NCBI GenBank assembly: GCA_015059335.1
Contig: SVAP01000001.1
Coordinates: 158 to 64,157, forward strand
Length of the DNA stretch: 64,000 nt
Direction: 5' to 3'
From: Bacillota bacterium
GTDB taxonomy: Bacteria > Bacillota_I > Bacilli_A > RF39 > UBA660
The notes beneath the pieces are model-generated. The model was not told where the DNA came from. It was given only the letters and a program-made list of their open reading frames with translations, and did not search any database. A program made the position numbers and the translations under genes. Shown in pieces: positions 18,669 through 30,400 of this stretch; positions within the stretch are counted from its first letter, which is position 1, and each line of letters opens with the position of its first letter.

Positions 18669-20075
18669 ATGAAGATATATAATACCTTATCAAAAAAAGT
18701 TGAAGAATTTATACCTATAGACAAAAATGAAGTAAAAATGTATACTTGTGGTCCAACTGTTTATAGTTATGCCCACATTGGAAATTTAAGAACATATATA
18801 TTTGAAGATATGTTAGAAAAAACATTAAATTTGCTTGGGTATAAAGTAAAAAGAGTGATGAATATTACTGACGTAGGACATATTGTTAGTGATGCAGATG
18901 ATGGTGAAGATAAAATGATGCTTGCCAGCAAAAGAGAAGGTAAAACAGCAAATGAAATCGCAGAATTTTATACTGAAGCATTTATGAAGGATTTAGATGA
19001 ACTGAATATTAAAAAGCCAGAAATCATTGAAAAAGCAACAAATCATATTGATGATTACATTGAGATGATTCAAGAGCTGTTAAGAAAAGAATATGCATAT
19101 ATTTCAAATGGTAATGTATATTTCGATATCAGCAAAGCTCCAAATTATTATGAGTTGTCAGGTAGAACAGAAGATAATAATATAATTGGCGCAAGAGAAG
19201 ATGTTGAAGAAGATATATATAAAAGAAATCCAGCAGATTTCGCTTTATGGATGACAAATTCAAAATTCTCTAATCAAGAACAAAAATGGAATTCACCATT
19301 TGGTGTAGGTTATCCTGGATGGCATATTGAATGTTCTTGTATGGCAATGAAATATCTTGGAGAAAAAATTGATATACATTGTGGTGGAGTAGATAATATA
19401 TTCCCTCATCATACAAATGAAATTGCTCAATCAGAAGCATACACTGGAAGTAAATGGTGTAATTACTGGATACATGGTGAATATTTAAATGATAAAACTG
19501 GAAAGATGAGTAAATCAAAAGGCGATTTTTTAACGATTGAATTATTAAAAAGTAAAGGATATAATCCGCTAGCTTACAGATTTATGTGCTTACAATCACA
19601 TTATAGAAATCAATTAGTATTTAGTTATGAATCATTAGATATCGCACAAAATGCATATGTCAAATTAAAAAATAGGATCATTAAAATTAAAAATAATGTA
19701 TCTAATACACAAAATATAGAATTAAACAAGCGATATATAGATGAATTTAAAAATGCATTATCAGATGATTTAAATACATCAAATGCTTTAACTGTTCTTT
19801 ATAATTGTATTAAGGATGAAGAAATTAGTGATCTAGAAAAATTAGTATTAATTAAAGAATTTGATAAAGTATTATCTCTATCTCTATTAGAGGAAAAAAA
19901 TATTGAGTTAACAGATGATGAAAAAATAAAAATTGAACAACTACTAGAAGAAAGAAATAATGCAAAAAAAGAAAAAAATTATGAATTAGCAGATAAAATA
20001 AGAAATGATTTAAATGAAATGGGTATAATAATAAAAGATACCAGAGAAGGAACAATATATGAGGTGAAACAATGA
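18669..20075 (+). CDS. cysS: Cysteine-tRNA ligase
   Basis: 'CGPTVY..AHIGN', 'PGWHIECS', KMSKS. Confidence 0.97.
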   Translation: MKIYNTLSKKVEEFIPIDKNEVKMYTCGPTVYSYAHIGNLRTYIFEDMLEKTLNLLGYKVKRVMNITDVGHIVSDADDGEDKMMLASKREGKTANEIAEFYTEAFMKDLDELNIKKPEIIEKATNHIDDYIEMIQELLRKEYAYISNGNVYFDISKAPNYYELSGRTEDNNIIGAREDVEEDIYKRNPADFALWMTNSKFSNQEQKWNSPFGVGYPGWHIECSCMAMKYLGEKIDIHCGGVDNIFPHHTNEIAQSEAYTGSKWCNYWIHGEYLNDKTGKMSKSKGDFLTIELLKSKGYNPLAYRFMCLQSHYRNQLVFSYESLDIAQNAYVKLKNRIIKIKNNVSNTQNIELNKRYIDEFKNALSDDLNTSNALTVLYNCIKDEEISDLEKLVLIKEFDKVLSLSLLEEKNIELTDDEKIKIEQLLEERNNAKKEKNYELADKIRNDLNEMGIIIKDTREGTIYEVKQ

Positions 20076-20752
20076 TTGGTTATTATGGTTCATGGACATT
20101 AATTGGAATTTCGTTATTAATTACTTTAGGTGCACAATTTTTTGTAACAACAACATACGGTAAATACAAAAAAGTAGAAAATAAAACTAAAAAAACAGGT
20201 TTTGAAACTGCTCGTGAAATATTAGATAAAAATGGATTAAATGATATTTATGTTGTGGAAACACAAGGTAATTTAACTGATCATTATGATCCAAAAAGAA
20301 ACACAATAAGATTATCAAGTGACATATTTCATGGAACAAGTATAGCAGCTTGTGCAGTGGCAGCTCACGAAGTAGGGCATGCGTTACAATATAAAGACGG
20401 ATATACTCCAATCAAAATAAGAAATTCAATTATCCCACTTGTTAATTTTAGTTCTAGTGCAGGTTATTTTGCAATCCTTATATCATTTATTACTGGATTA
20501 ACAGATTTATTGTGGATTGGTATCGCATTGGAAGTAATTATATTATTATTTCAGTTATTAACATTACCTGTGGAATTCAATGCTTCTAAAAGAGCAAAAG
20601 AACAATTAGGAAAAGAACAAATACTTGACAACAATGAAATAAATGGCGCAAATACAATGCTTAATGCAGCAGCAATGACTTATGTTGCTAGTGTTGTAAC
20701 TGCAATATTACAAATCATAAGATTAGTATTAATCGCAAGAGATAATGATTAA
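20072..20752 (+). CDS. Membrane zinc metallopeptidase (YugP family)
   Basis: 'LTDHYDP', 'AAHEVGHALQ', 'TLPVEFNAS'. Confidence 0.9.
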   Translation: MIGYYGSWTLIGISLLITLGAQFFVTTTYGKYKKVENKTKKTGFETAREILDKNGLNDIYVVETQGNLTDHYDPKRNTIRLSSDIFHGTSIAACAVAAHEVGHALQYKDGYTPIKIRNSIIPLVNFSSSAGYFAILISFITGLTDLLWIGIALEVIILLFQLLTLPVEFNASKRAKEQLGKEQILDNNEINGANTMLNAAAMTYVASVVTAILQIIRLVLIARDND

Positions 20753-20787
20753 AATAAAACGCAGATAAAATTTATCCGCGTTTTTTG

Positions 20788-20809
20788 TTATCCACAGAAT
20801 TGTGGATAG
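20788..20809. promoter_or_regulatory. Inverted pair of DnaA-box-like sites
   Basis: TTATCCACA (20788-20796, consensus) and TGTGGATAG (20801-20809). Confidence 0.45.
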
Positions 20810-20813
20810 ACAG

Positions 20814-21698
20814 TTAATAACATTTAAAATTATTAAGTGATTTTTCTAATTTTTTTATTCCCTTATCTGTCATTTTTATTAATGGTAATCTTGGAATTCC
20901 ATAATTATAACCAAGAATATTTAATGCTTCTTTAATTGGAATAGGATTAACTTCACAAAATAATGAATCAACTAAATCAATACAATTAAGTTGCATATTT
21001 GTTGCTTCATCATTATTACCATTAAAATAATGTTCAATCATATCATGAGTGTATTTAGGTGCGATATTTGATAATACAGAAATTACACCAATACCACCTA
21101 AAGATAAAATAGGTAATATTTGGTCATCGTTTCCAGAATAAATTTCTAAATTATCGCCACATAAAGCTTTGATTTTTGCTACTTGGCTTAAATTACCGCT
21201 AGCTTCTTTAATAGCAACAATATTTTCTACTTTAGATAATTCTAAACAAGTATTAGGTTCAATATTTAAACCAGTTCTACTTGGCACACTATATAAAATT
21301 ATTGGTAGTTTAGTGTTATTTGCAATAATTTTATAGTGTTCAATCAAACCTTGTTGAGTGGTTTTGTTGTAATATGGTGTAACAATAAGTAATCCATCTA
21401 CACCAACACTTTCTGCATACTTACTCATTTCTATAACTTCTTTAGTATTATTACCACCGGTTCCTGCTATAACTGGGATTCTCTTGTTAACTTTATCAAC
21501 AGCAAATTTAATAATATTTTTCTTTTCCTCTTTAGTCATAGTCGATCCTTCGCCAGTGGTCCCACAAACTATTAGGGCATCACAACTATTAGTAATTTGA
21601 TATTCTATTAGTTTTTCGAATTCGTCATAATTAATTTCCTCATTAATAAAAGGTGTTGCGATAGCTGTTCCACAACCTTTAAATATTATTTTTTTCAT
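20814..21698 (-). CDS. dapA: 4-hydroxy-tetrahydrodipicolinate synthase
   Basis: 'GTTGEG', 'TPYYNK', 'YSVPSRTG', 'IKEASG', 'SGNDD'. Confidence 0.95.
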   Translation of the reverse strand: MKKIIFKGCGTAIATPFINEEINYDEFEKLIEYQITNSCDALIVCGTTGEGSTMTKEEKKNIIKFAVDKVNKRIPVIAGTGGNNTKEVIEMSKYAESVGVDGLLIVTPYYNKTTQQGLIEHYKIIANNTKLPIILYSVPSRTGLNIEPNTCLELSKVENIVAIKEASGNLSQVAKIKALCGDNLEIYSGNDDQILPILSLGGIGVISVLSNIAPKYTHDMIEHYFNGNNDEATNMQLNCIDLVDSLFCEVNPIPIKEALNILGYNYGIPRLPLIKMTDKGIKKLEKSLNNFKCY

Positions 21699-21789
21699 TG
21701 ATACCACTTCCTTATATAATATTATATATTAAAAATAGAAAAAACTGTATAAATTGTGTTAAAATAATTATTAGTTAGTGGGTGATTTT

Positions 21790-22164
21790 ATGGATATAAA
21801 TAATTTAAATGCCTTAGAACTTGCATATATTGGTGATGCAGTATATGAAGTTTCTATTAGAGAACACCTTTTAAAGAAAGGTATTAGAAAAGTTAATAAT
21901 TTACAAAAAGAAGCGAAGAAATTTGTGAGCGCTAAAGGGCAATTTGAAACATTAAATAAGCTTTTTGAAACACAATTCTTAACACAAGAGGAATTAGAAG
22001 TAGTAAAACACGCAAGAAATTATAAAAGTGTTTCGAAACCAAAGAACACAGATATTATTACTTATAAATACGCCACTGGTTTTGAGGCTTTAATTGGATA
22101 TCTATATATAACAAATATTTCAAGATTAGAAGAATTAATTAATAAAATATTGGAGGATAAATAA
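21790..22164 (+). CDS. mrnC: Mini-ribonuclease III
   Basis: 'LAYIGDAVYE', 'ATGFEALIGYLY'; synteny with cysS/rlmB. Confidence 0.95.
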   Translation: MDINNLNALELAYIGDAVYEVSIREHLLKKGIRKVNNLQKEAKKFVSAKGQFETLNKLFETQFLTQEELEVVKHARNYKSVSKPKNTDIITYKYATGFEALIGYLYITNISRLEELINKILEDK

Positions 22165-22165
22165 A

Positions 22166-22867
22166 ATGTATGTATATGGAAAAAATGTAGCAACCGATTT
22201 AATAAAAAATAATAAAAAAATATATAAAGCAATAATTTGGGAAAACTTTAAAGACGAATTTATAATTTCTGAATTACAAAAATTAAATATTCCAATAAAG
22301 TATTGCACAAAAAGACAAATTGATGACATTGCAAAAGGAAATCATCAAGGTATAATACTAAATATACCTGATTATAAATTTGTTGATTTAGATGATTTAC
22401 AACCTAAGAATGATGATTATCCTTTTATAGTTATGCTGGATCATTTAGAAGATCCACATAACTTTGGAGCTATAATAAGAACTTGTGAATCAGCAGGAGT
22501 TGATGGAATTATAATTCCTAAAGACAGAAGTGTAGATATAAATTCTACAGTAATGAAAACAAGTGCTGGAACACTTGATAGAGTCAAAATCTGTATGGTT
22601 ACAAATTTATCCAACACTATTGAAATACTAAAAAAACGTGGATATTGGATTATAGGAACAGATTTAGAAGGAACAGATTATAGTACAATTGATTATAAAA
22701 TGCCAGTATGTCTTATTGTAGGTAACGAAGGAAAAGGTATGAGTAGAATAGTAAAAGAAAAATGTGATTTTATCGCAACCATACCAATGAAAGGAGAAGT
22801 AAATAGTCTAAATGCATCAGTTGCAACAGGTATCATGATTTATGAAATATTAGAAAAAAGAAAGTAG
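22166..22867 (+). CDS. rlmB: 23S rRNA Gm2251 methyltransferase
   Basis: 'NHQGI', 'EDPHNFGAIIRT', 'GNEGKG', 'SLNASVA'. Confidence 0.95.
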   Translation: MYVYGKNVATDLIKNNKKIYKAIIWENFKDEFIISELQKLNIPIKYCTKRQIDDIAKGNHQGIILNIPDYKFVDLDDLQPKNDDYPFIVMLDHLEDPHNFGAIIRTCESAGVDGIIIPKDRSVDINSTVMKTSAGTLDRVKICMVTNLSNTIEILKKRGYWIIGTDLEGTDYSTIDYKMPVCLIVGNEGKGMSRIVKEKCDFIATIPMKGEVNSLNASVATGIMIYEILEKRK

Positions 22868-23484
22868 TGGTAACTGTGCAATATAAAGAATATAACGATT
22901 ATGAGTTAATATATATGGTTAAAGAAAATGATGAAACAGCATATAATCTTTTATATAATAAATATAAACCGTTAGTGATAAGCCTTGCTAAAAAATATGC
23001 TGATATTTATTTTAATTTTGGAATCGATATTAATGATTTCATTATAGCAGGATATATTGGTTTGGATAATTCAATAAAAAAATTCAGAGATTATGATAAA
23101 TATCAGTTTAAATGTTTGTTATATACATGTATAAATAGGCAAATGCAATCTTTAGTAAAACAAGAAAAGATAAAGAAAAACCAAATATTAAATAATTCTT
23201 TATATTATGAAGCATTACAAACAAATTCTGAATTAGACTTTCTAGAAATCAAAGAAGATGAAAAAGGTGTTAATCCAGAAAAGATACTTATTGAACAGGA
23301 AAATTTAAAAAATATATATGACAAATATATTACAAAATTAAAAGGTCTTGAATTAGAAGTGTTTAAATTAAAAGCAAGAGGATATACAAATGTAGAAATT
23401 TCTAAAATATTAAATACAACAGTAAAGGCAATTAATAATGCAATTACTAGAATTAAGAAAAAATATAATATATATCAAAATTGA
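22867..23484 (+). CDS. sigH: Sigma-H-like RNA polymerase sigma factor
   Basis: Sigma70 region 2 and 4 pattern; canonical position between rlmB and secE. Confidence 0.8.
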   Translation: MVTVQYKEYNDYELIYMVKENDETAYNLLYNKYKPLVISLAKKYADIYFNFGIDINDFIIAGYIGLDNSIKKFRDYDKYQFKCLLYTCINRQMQSLVKQEKIKKNQILNNSLYYEALQTNSELDFLEIKEDEKGVNPEKILIEQENLKNIYDKYITKLKGLELEVFKLKARGYTNVEISKILNTTVKAINNAITRIKKKYNIYQN

Positions 23485-23565
23485 TTGACTTTTATTGATA
23501 GTTGTGTTAATTTATAACTGTAAACACAACGAAGTGTTTTTTATTTTGATTAAATGAGGTGTGAA

Positions 23566-23742
23566 ATGAAAAAAATTATTAAATTTTTCAAAGGTGTAAA
23601 AAAAGAAATCTCACGTGTTCGTTGGCCTAATAAAAAGGAAATGGTTAAATATTCAATCGCAACAATCGTATTTATTTTATTCTTTTGCGCATTCTTTTAT
23701 TCATTTGATGCAATAACTGCCTGGTTAATAGAATTATTCTAA
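23566..23742 (+). CDS. secE: Preprotein translocase subunit SecE
   Basis: 'KKEISRVRWP' plus TM helix; upstream of nusG. Confidence 0.93.
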   Translation: MKKIIKFFKGVKKEISRVRWPNKKEMVKYSIATIVFILFFCAFFYSFDAITAWLIELF

Positions 23743-23756
23743 TAGGAGGAATTTTA

Positions 23757-24290
23757 ATGGATAAACAATGGTATGTAGTTAATACTTACTCTGGACATGA
23801 AAGTAAAGTAAAAGAAAAACTAGATATGCGTATTAATTCAATGGATATGCAACAACACATATTTAGAGTTGTTGTACCTGAACAAAAAGAGATTGAAATA
23901 AAAGATGGGGTAAAAAAAGAAAAAGTCAAAAAAATGTTTCCTGGATATATATTAGTTGAAATGGATATGTCTGATGAAGCATGGTATATTGTTAGAAACA
24001 CACCTGGAGTTACAGGGTTTATTGGTTCATCTGGTAAAGGTGCAAAACCGACGCCACTTATGCCACATGAAGTTGATAAAGTACTAAATAGTATGGGACT
24101 TAGTAGACTTGAAATTGGTAATGAATTAAATGTTGATGACAAAGTTAAAATTATTGAAGGACCATTTAAAGGGATGTTTGGTAAAGTTGAATCTTTGGAT
24201 TTAGAAAATCAAAAATTAACTGTACTAATTGATTTATTTGGTCAAGAAACGCCAGTAGATGTAGAATTGGTACAAATAGAAAAAGCGTAA
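23757..24290 (+). CDS. nusG: Transcription factor NusG
   Basis: 'WYVVNTYSGHE', 'FPGYILVEM', KOW 'GPFKG'. Confidence 0.97.
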   Translation: MDKQWYVVNTYSGHESKVKEKLDMRINSMDMQQHIFRVVVPEQKEIEIKDGVKKEKVKKMFPGYILVEMDMSDEAWYIVRNTPGVTGFIGSSGKGAKPTPLMPHEVDKVLNSMGLSRLEIGNELNVDDKVKIIEGPFKGMFGKVESLDLENQKLTVLIDLFGQETPVDVELVQIEKA

Positions 24291-24363
24291 AAAGTTATTG
24301 AAATATTAAAAAAATTGTGTTATTATTTTAAACGCAGCTATATATTATTTATATAGATTACAA

Positions 24364-24396
24364 GTGGGAGGCGCGGATTTAAGCTATTAGAACCAC
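24364..24396 (+). promoter_or_regulatory. L1-binding ribosomal leader upstream of rplK
   Basis: GTGGGAGG...ACCAC L1-site signature. Confidence 0.7.
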
Positions 24397-24424
24397 AACG
24401 AAAAAAGGAAGGAGAGTGTTTTTC

Positions 24425-24865
24425 GTGGCAAAACAAATCGCAAAGAAAATTAAATTACAAATTCCAGCAGGTAAAGCAACACCAGCTCCACCAGTAGGAA
24501 CAGTGTTAGGACCAGCAGGAATTAACTTACAAGAATTTTGTACTAAATTCAATGATGCAAGTAGAGATAAAATGGGAGATGTGCTTCCAGTAGAAATTAC
24601 AATTTACGATGATCGTACATTTGATTTCGTATTAAAAACTCCACCTGCTGCATTCTTAATTAAAAAAGTTGCAGGAATTCAAAAAGGTTCTGCTAAAGGG
24701 TCTAGCGAAACTGTTGCAACAATTACAAAAGAACAATTAAGACAAATTGCTGAAACAAAGTTACCAGATTTAAATGCGTACACTGTAGAAGAAGCAATGA
24801 AAATAGTTGAAGGTACAGCACGTAACATGGGTGTTGCTGTTGAAGGATTCAACGAAGAAAACTAA
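24425..24865 (+). CDS. rplK: 50S ribosomal protein L11
   Basis: '[15 protein letters not shown]'. Confidence 0.98.
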   Translation: MAKQIAKKIKLQIPAGKATPAPPVGTVLGPAGINLQEFCTKFNDASRDKMGDVLPVEITIYDDRTFDFVLKTPPAAFLIKKVAGIQKGSAKGSSETVATITKEQLRQIAETKLPDLNAYTVEEAMKIVEGTARNMGVAVEGFNEEN

Positions 24866-24916
24866 TAAAAAACAACAATACAGAAATAATAAAATTAATC
24901 ATATAGGTATTTACCT

Positions 24917-24948
24917 ATGTGGGAGGAAAAGTCCGCTTATTACCACAT
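24917..24948 (+). promoter_or_regulatory. Second L1-binding site upstream of rplA
   Basis: ATGTGGGAGG...ACCACAT directly before the rplA RBS. Confidence 0.7.
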
Positions 24949-24962
24949 AAGGAGGTATAGAA

Positions 24963-25661
24963 ATGAAAAAACTAAGCAAAAAATATAAAGACGCTGTTAG
25001 TAAAATTGAAAAAAGTAAACTATATTCAGCAGAAGAAGCAATAAAATTAGCTAAAGAAACTAGCACATCTAAATTTGATGCTTCTGTTGAAGTAGCAATG
25101 AGATTAAACCTAGATACTAAAAAATCTGATCAACAATTACGTGGTGCAGTAGTACTACCTAATGGAACAGGTAAAAGTAAAAAAGTATTAGTTATCACTA
25201 AAGGAGAACAAGCAAAAGCTGCAGTTGAAGCTGGTGCTGATTATGTTGGTGATACTGATATGTTAGAAAAAATTGAAAAAGAAAACTGGTTTGATTTCGA
25301 TGTTATTATCGCAACTCCTGATATGATGGCTCACCTTGGTAAATTAGGTAAAGTATTAGGGCCTAAAGGATTAATGCCTAACCCTAAAACTGGTACAGTT
25401 ACAATTGATGTTAAAAAAGCAATTGAAGATGTTAAAAAAGGTAGAGTTGAATATCGTACAGATAGTTATGGTAATGTACATGGTATCATTGGTAAAGTTT
25501 CATTTGATGATAACAAATTACTAGAAAACTTAAAAGCTTTTGTTGATGTAATTGTTAAATCAAAACCATCAGTAGTTAAAGGAACATATGTAAAAAATAT
25601 TTCAGTTTCTACAACAATGGGTCCTGGAATTAAAGTTGATTCAAATTCCTTTGACAAATAA
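24963..25661 (+). CDS. rplA: 50S ribosomal protein L1
   Basis: '[15 protein letters not shown]', 'STTMGPG'. Confidence 0.98.
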   Translation: MKKLSKKYKDAVSKIEKSKLYSAEEAIKLAKETSTSKFDASVEVAMRLNLDTKKSDQQLRGAVVLPNGTGKSKKVLVITKGEQAKAAVEAGADYVGDTDMLEKIEKENWFDFDVIIATPDMMAHLGKLGKVLGPKGLMPNPKTGTVTIDVKKAIEDVKKGRVEYRTDSYGNVHGIIGKVSFDDNKLLENLKAFVDVIVKSKPSVVKGTYVKNISVSTTMGPGIKVDSNSFDK

Positions 25662-25692
25662 TTAAAAATATATTATAATAAACAACGTGAAC

Positions 25693-25800
25693 GAAGTACC
25701 GTAGACAGTAGGGGCATATGCTTAATAATCCTACCGAGGAACTTTTAAAGATAAAGTCTTTAAAACCTTTGTATGTCTGCGCATATAAAGGTTTTTATAT
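25693..25800 (+). promoter_or_regulatory. L10 leader (attenuator)
   Basis: CCGTAGACAGTAGG...CCTACCGAGG core plus terminator AAAACCTTT...AAAGGTTTTT before rplJ. Confidence 0.85.
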
Positions 25801-25831
25801 TACGGTATTTTAATAATAGAGGAGGTGTAGT

Positions 25832-26332
25832 ATGGCAAGTGCTAAAATACTTGAACAAAAACAACAAACTATTAATGAAATAGAAGAAAGTATTAAAAAC
25901 TCAAGTGCAGTAGTATTCTTTGATTACAGAGGATTAAGTGTTGAAGCAATGACTTCTCTAAGAAGAAGTTTAAAAGAAGCTGGTTCTGAGTTAAAAGTAT
26001 ATAAAAACACTTTAACAAAAAGAGCATTAAACACACTTAATATTTCACTTGATGAACATTTAACTGGACCTAAAGCAATGGCTTATGGTACTGATGCAGT
26101 AGCACCAGTTAAAGTATTAGCAAACTTTGCTAAAGAAAACGAAGCATTACAACTTAAAGTTGGAATTATTGACGGTGAAATAGCTGATATTGATATGCTT
26201 AATAAACTTGCAACAATTCCATCAAGAGAAGGATTACTTACAATGCTTGCTGGCGGTTTAATTGGAATCGCAAAAGATTTATCAATTTGTTTAGACTTAT
26301 ATAGTCAACAACTAGAAGGTAATGAACAATAA
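25832..26332 (+). CDS. rplJ: 50S ribosomal protein L10
   Basis: 'DYRGLSV', 'KVYKNTL', 'IPSREGLLTML'. Confidence 0.97.
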   Translation: MASAKILEQKQQTINEIEESIKNSSAVVFFDYRGLSVEAMTSLRRSLKEAGSELKVYKNTLTKRALNTLNISLDEHLTGPKAMAYGTDAVAPVKVLANFAKENEALQLKVGIIDGEIADIDMLNKLATIPSREGLLTMLAGGLIGIAKDLSICLDLYSQQLEGNEQ

Positions 26333-26367
26333 TTAATAATTAAAAAAAATAAGGGAGGAAAATAAAA

Positions 26368-26736
26368 ATGGCAAAATTAACAAGAGACGAATTTATCGCT
26401 TCATTAAAAGAAATGACATTATTAGAAATTAAAGAATTAGTAGATGCAATGAAAGAAGAATTTGGTGTAGATCCATCTGCAGTAGCAGTAGCAGCACCAG
26501 TAGCAGCTGGAGCAGCTGAAGAAGGTCCATCATCAGCTACAGTAGTATTAACTAGCTGTGGAGCTAACAAAATCGCTGTTATTAAAGTAATTAGAGATAT
26601 CACTGGTTTAGGATTAAAGGAAGCTAAAGATATCGCTGACAACGGTGGTAATGTTAAAGAAAACGCATCTATGGATGAAGCTAATGAAATCAAAGCTAAA
26701 TTAGAAGAAGCTGGCGCAACAGTAGAATTTAAATAA
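26368..26736 (+). CDS. rplL: 50S ribosomal protein L7/L12
   Basis: 'KIAVIKVIR..TGLGLKEAK', 'LEEAGATVE'. Confidence 0.98.
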   Translation: MAKLTRDEFIASLKEMTLLEIKELVDAMKEEFGVDPSAVAVAAPVAAGAAEEGPSSATVVLTSCGANKIAVIKVIRDITGLGLKEAKDIADNGGNVKENASMDEANEIKAKLEEAGATVEFK

Positions 26737-26798
26737 TTAAAAAACTTAAGCTCGTGTTTTTAACACGGGCTTATAGTCGTTTTATAAAGGGGATTTAA

Positions 26799-27389
26799 AT
26801 GAATCATTATTTTACAAAAAACAGTACAATAAAAAGCAATGAAAAATTAATAGAATTTGAATTCAAAAATAAAAAATATAAATTTTATACAGACAATGGA
26901 GTTTTTTCTAAAGATGAATTTGATATAGGTACAAAAGTTTTGTTAGAATCTTTAGATTTTGATTTAATAAAAGGGGACATTTTAGATTTCGGTTGTGGAT
27001 ATGGTCCAATAGGTATAATATTATCTAAAAATACTAATGTAAATATTGATATGATAGATATCAATGATAGGGCAGTTGCTTTAACAAAGAAAAATGTTGA
27101 ATTAAATAAAGTATCAAATATCAATGTTTTTGAAAGTGATTGTTATGAAAATGTAAAAAAAGAATATGACTATATAATTACTAATCCGCCTATAAGGGTT
27201 GGTAAGGAAATACTTTATAAAATATTAAGAAATGCTAAAAACTATTTAAAACCAACTGGTGAATTGATATTTGTTATAAACAAACATCAAGGAGCTAAAA
27301 CGACAGCAAAAGACATTAGTGACATATATAATGTTGAAGTAATAAACAAAAGTAAAAACTTTTTTGTAATTAGAGCTAAAAACAATTGA
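26799..27389 (+). CDS. rsmC: Small class I SAM methyltransferase (RsmC/YbxB family)
   Basis: 'LDFGCGYGPIG', 'TNPPIRVGK'; between rplL and rpoB. Confidence 0.88.
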   Translation: MNHYFTKNSTIKSNEKLIEFEFKNKKYKFYTDNGVFSKDEFDIGTKVLLESLDFDLIKGDILDFGCGYGPIGIILSKNTNVNIDMIDINDRAVALTKKNVELNKVSNINVFESDCYENVKKEYDYIITNPPIRVGKEILYKILRNAKNYLKPTGELIFVINKHQGAKTTAKDISDIYNVEVINKSKNFFVIRAKNN

Positions 27390-27498
27390 CAATTTGATAT
27401 TTGTCTGATAACATTATAAATTGGCGGCATATTCTTTTTTAACAAGTTTATGTTCTTTGAATAATTTAATAATATGTTTAGTTATAGGGGTGAAATAA

Positions 27499-30400
27499 GT
27501 GGCATATAATATTAAAAAGATCAACAGTAAAAGAGAAAGAAGAAATTTTTCGAGAATTAAAAGCACCTATGAGCTTCAGGATTTATTAGAAATCCAAAAA
27601 AAATCCTATCAATGGTTTATAACTGATGGGATTTCTGAAGTTTTCAACGATTTATTTCCAGTTGAAAGCTTTTCAGGTGACTTATCATTAGAATTTACAG
27701 ATTATTCTTTTGATGAACCAAGATACTCTATAAAAGAAGCAAAATATAGAGAAACTACATATGCAGCACCTTTAAAGGTACAAGCACGCCTTTTCAACCA
27801 TGAAACAGGAGAAGTTAAGGAACAAGAAATCTTCCTTGGGGACATGCCTGTTATGACTGATAGTGGAACATTCATTATCAATGGTGCGGAAAGAGTTATC
27901 GTATCACAATTGGTACGTTCTCCAAGTGTTTATTTTTCAAAAACAATAGACAAAAATGGTAGAAGCGTATTTGCATCTCAAATTATACCAACACGTGGTA
28001 CATGGTTAGAATTTGAATTAGATGCAAGAGATGTAATATATGTAAGAATTGATAGAACTAGAAAAGTTCCATTAACAACATTATTACGTGCATTCGGATT
28101 ATCTACATCAGAAGAAATTACAAAAGTATTTGGTGAAAATCCATATATTTTAAATACATTGGCTAAAGATTCGACTAAGAATACAGATGAAGCATTAATT
28201 GAAATTTATGAAAAATTAAGACCAGGTGAACCTGCTACATTAGATAGTTCTAAAAACCAATTAATCACTAGATTCTTTGATGAATTTCGTTATGATTTAG
28301 CAAAAGTTGGGCGTTACAAATTTAATCGTAAACTAGATGTTTGTGATAGATTAATTAACAATATTATTGCTGAAGACATAATAGTTGATGGTGAAGTAAA
28401 AGTAGAAAAAGGAACTTTAATTACAAAAGAATTATTAGAAGAAATTAAACCAATATTCCAAGCTGGATATAATACTCGTGAAGTGTTAATTAACGAAGAA
28501 TTAGACCAACATGGAACAATTCAAGAAGTTAAAATTTATTCTCCAATTGATAAAGAAAAGATCGTTTCAATTTTAGGTAATGACCAAACTTTAACAATTA
28601 AGAGATTAACTATTTCAGATTTTTATGCAGCAACATCTTACTATCTAAATCTTTTAGATGGTGTAGGATTTACTGATGAAATTGACCATTTAGGAAACCG
28701 TCGTGTAAGACAAGTTGGTGAACTATTACAAAACCAATTTAGAATTGGTGTTGCACGTATGGAAAGAGTTATCAGAGAAAGAATGACAACTCAAGAAATG
28801 GATACAGTTACACCTAAAACATTAATCAATATTAGACCTGTAACTGCAGCTATTAAAGAATTCTTTGGTAGTAGCCAATTATCTCAATTCATGGATCAAC
28901 AAAATCCAATTGCAGAATTAACTAATAAAAGACGTTTATCTGCATTGGGACCAGGTGGTTTATCAAGGGATAGAGCCGGTATGGAAGTACGTGACGTTAA
29001 CGAAAGTCACTACGGTAGAATTTGTCCAATTGAATCACCAGAAGGACAAAACATTGGACTTATAACTTCACTTGCAAGTTATGCAAAAATAAATGATTAT
29101 GGATTTATTATGACTCCATATAGAAAAGTTGAAAATGCTAAATTAGTAGACCAAGTAGACTACTTAACTGCAGATGAAGAAAAAGATTTCTATATATCTC
29201 AAGCAACAATCAATATTGATGAAGATGGAAATCTTGTTGATAAAACACTAACTGCTCGTTATAGAGGTGAAAACGTTTTAGTTAACAAAGAACAAATAGA
29301 CTATATCGACGTATCACCACAACAAGTTGTGTCAGTTACAACAAGTTGTATCCCATTCCTAGAACACGATGACGCTACTCGTGCGTTAATGGGTGCAAAC
29401 ATGCAACGTCAAGCTGTGCCTCTAATCAAAACAGAAGCACCAAGAGTAGGTACTGGTGTTGAATATATTGCAGCTAGAGACTCTGGAGCAGTTGTAGTGG
29501 CAAAAGCAGATGGTATTGTTGAATATGTAGATGCTAATAAAATTGTTGTTAAAAATAAAGGTGGAAAAGACACTTATTACTTATCAACATTTGAAGGTTC
29601 TAACCAAGGTACATGTTACCATCAAAGACCATTTGTAAGTGTAGGTGAAAAAGTTACACGTGGAATGACTATAGCAGATGGACCAAGTACAAACTGTGGT
29701 GAATTAGCGCTTGGTAAAAACGTAGTAGTTGCATTCATGACATTCAATGGATATAACTATGAAGATGCTGTAATCATGAATGAAAGATTAGTTAAAGATG
29801 ATGTTTATACATCAATTCATATTGAAGATTATGAAATTCAATGTAGAGAAACCAAATTAGGACCTGAAGAAATCACTAGAGATATTCCTAATGTTGGTGA
29901 AGATGCTAGAAAAAATCTAGATTCAGATGGTATTGTTAAAATAGGTACAGAGGTTAAAGAAGGAGATATCCTAGTTGGTAAAGTTACTCCAAAAGGTATG
30001 GCTGAACTTACTTCTGAAGAAAAACTATTACATGCAATATTCGGAGAAAAAACAAGAGAAGTTAGAGATACATCTTTACGTGTACCACACGGTGGGGATG
30101 GTATCGTTCACGATATTAAAGTTTATACAAGAAAAGACAACGATGAATTACCAGCTGGTGTAAGTAAAGTAGTTAGAGTTTATATTGCTCAAAAACGTAA
30201 AATCCAAGTTGGGGATAAAATGGCTGGACGTCATGGTAACAAAGGGGTTATATCTCTAATATTACCTTCAGAAGACATGCCATACTTACCAGATGGTACA
30301 CCAGTAGATATCATGCTTAATCCACAAGGGGTTCCATCACGTATGAACATTGGACAAATCCTAGAATTACACTTAGGAATGGCTGCTAAAAAACTTGATT

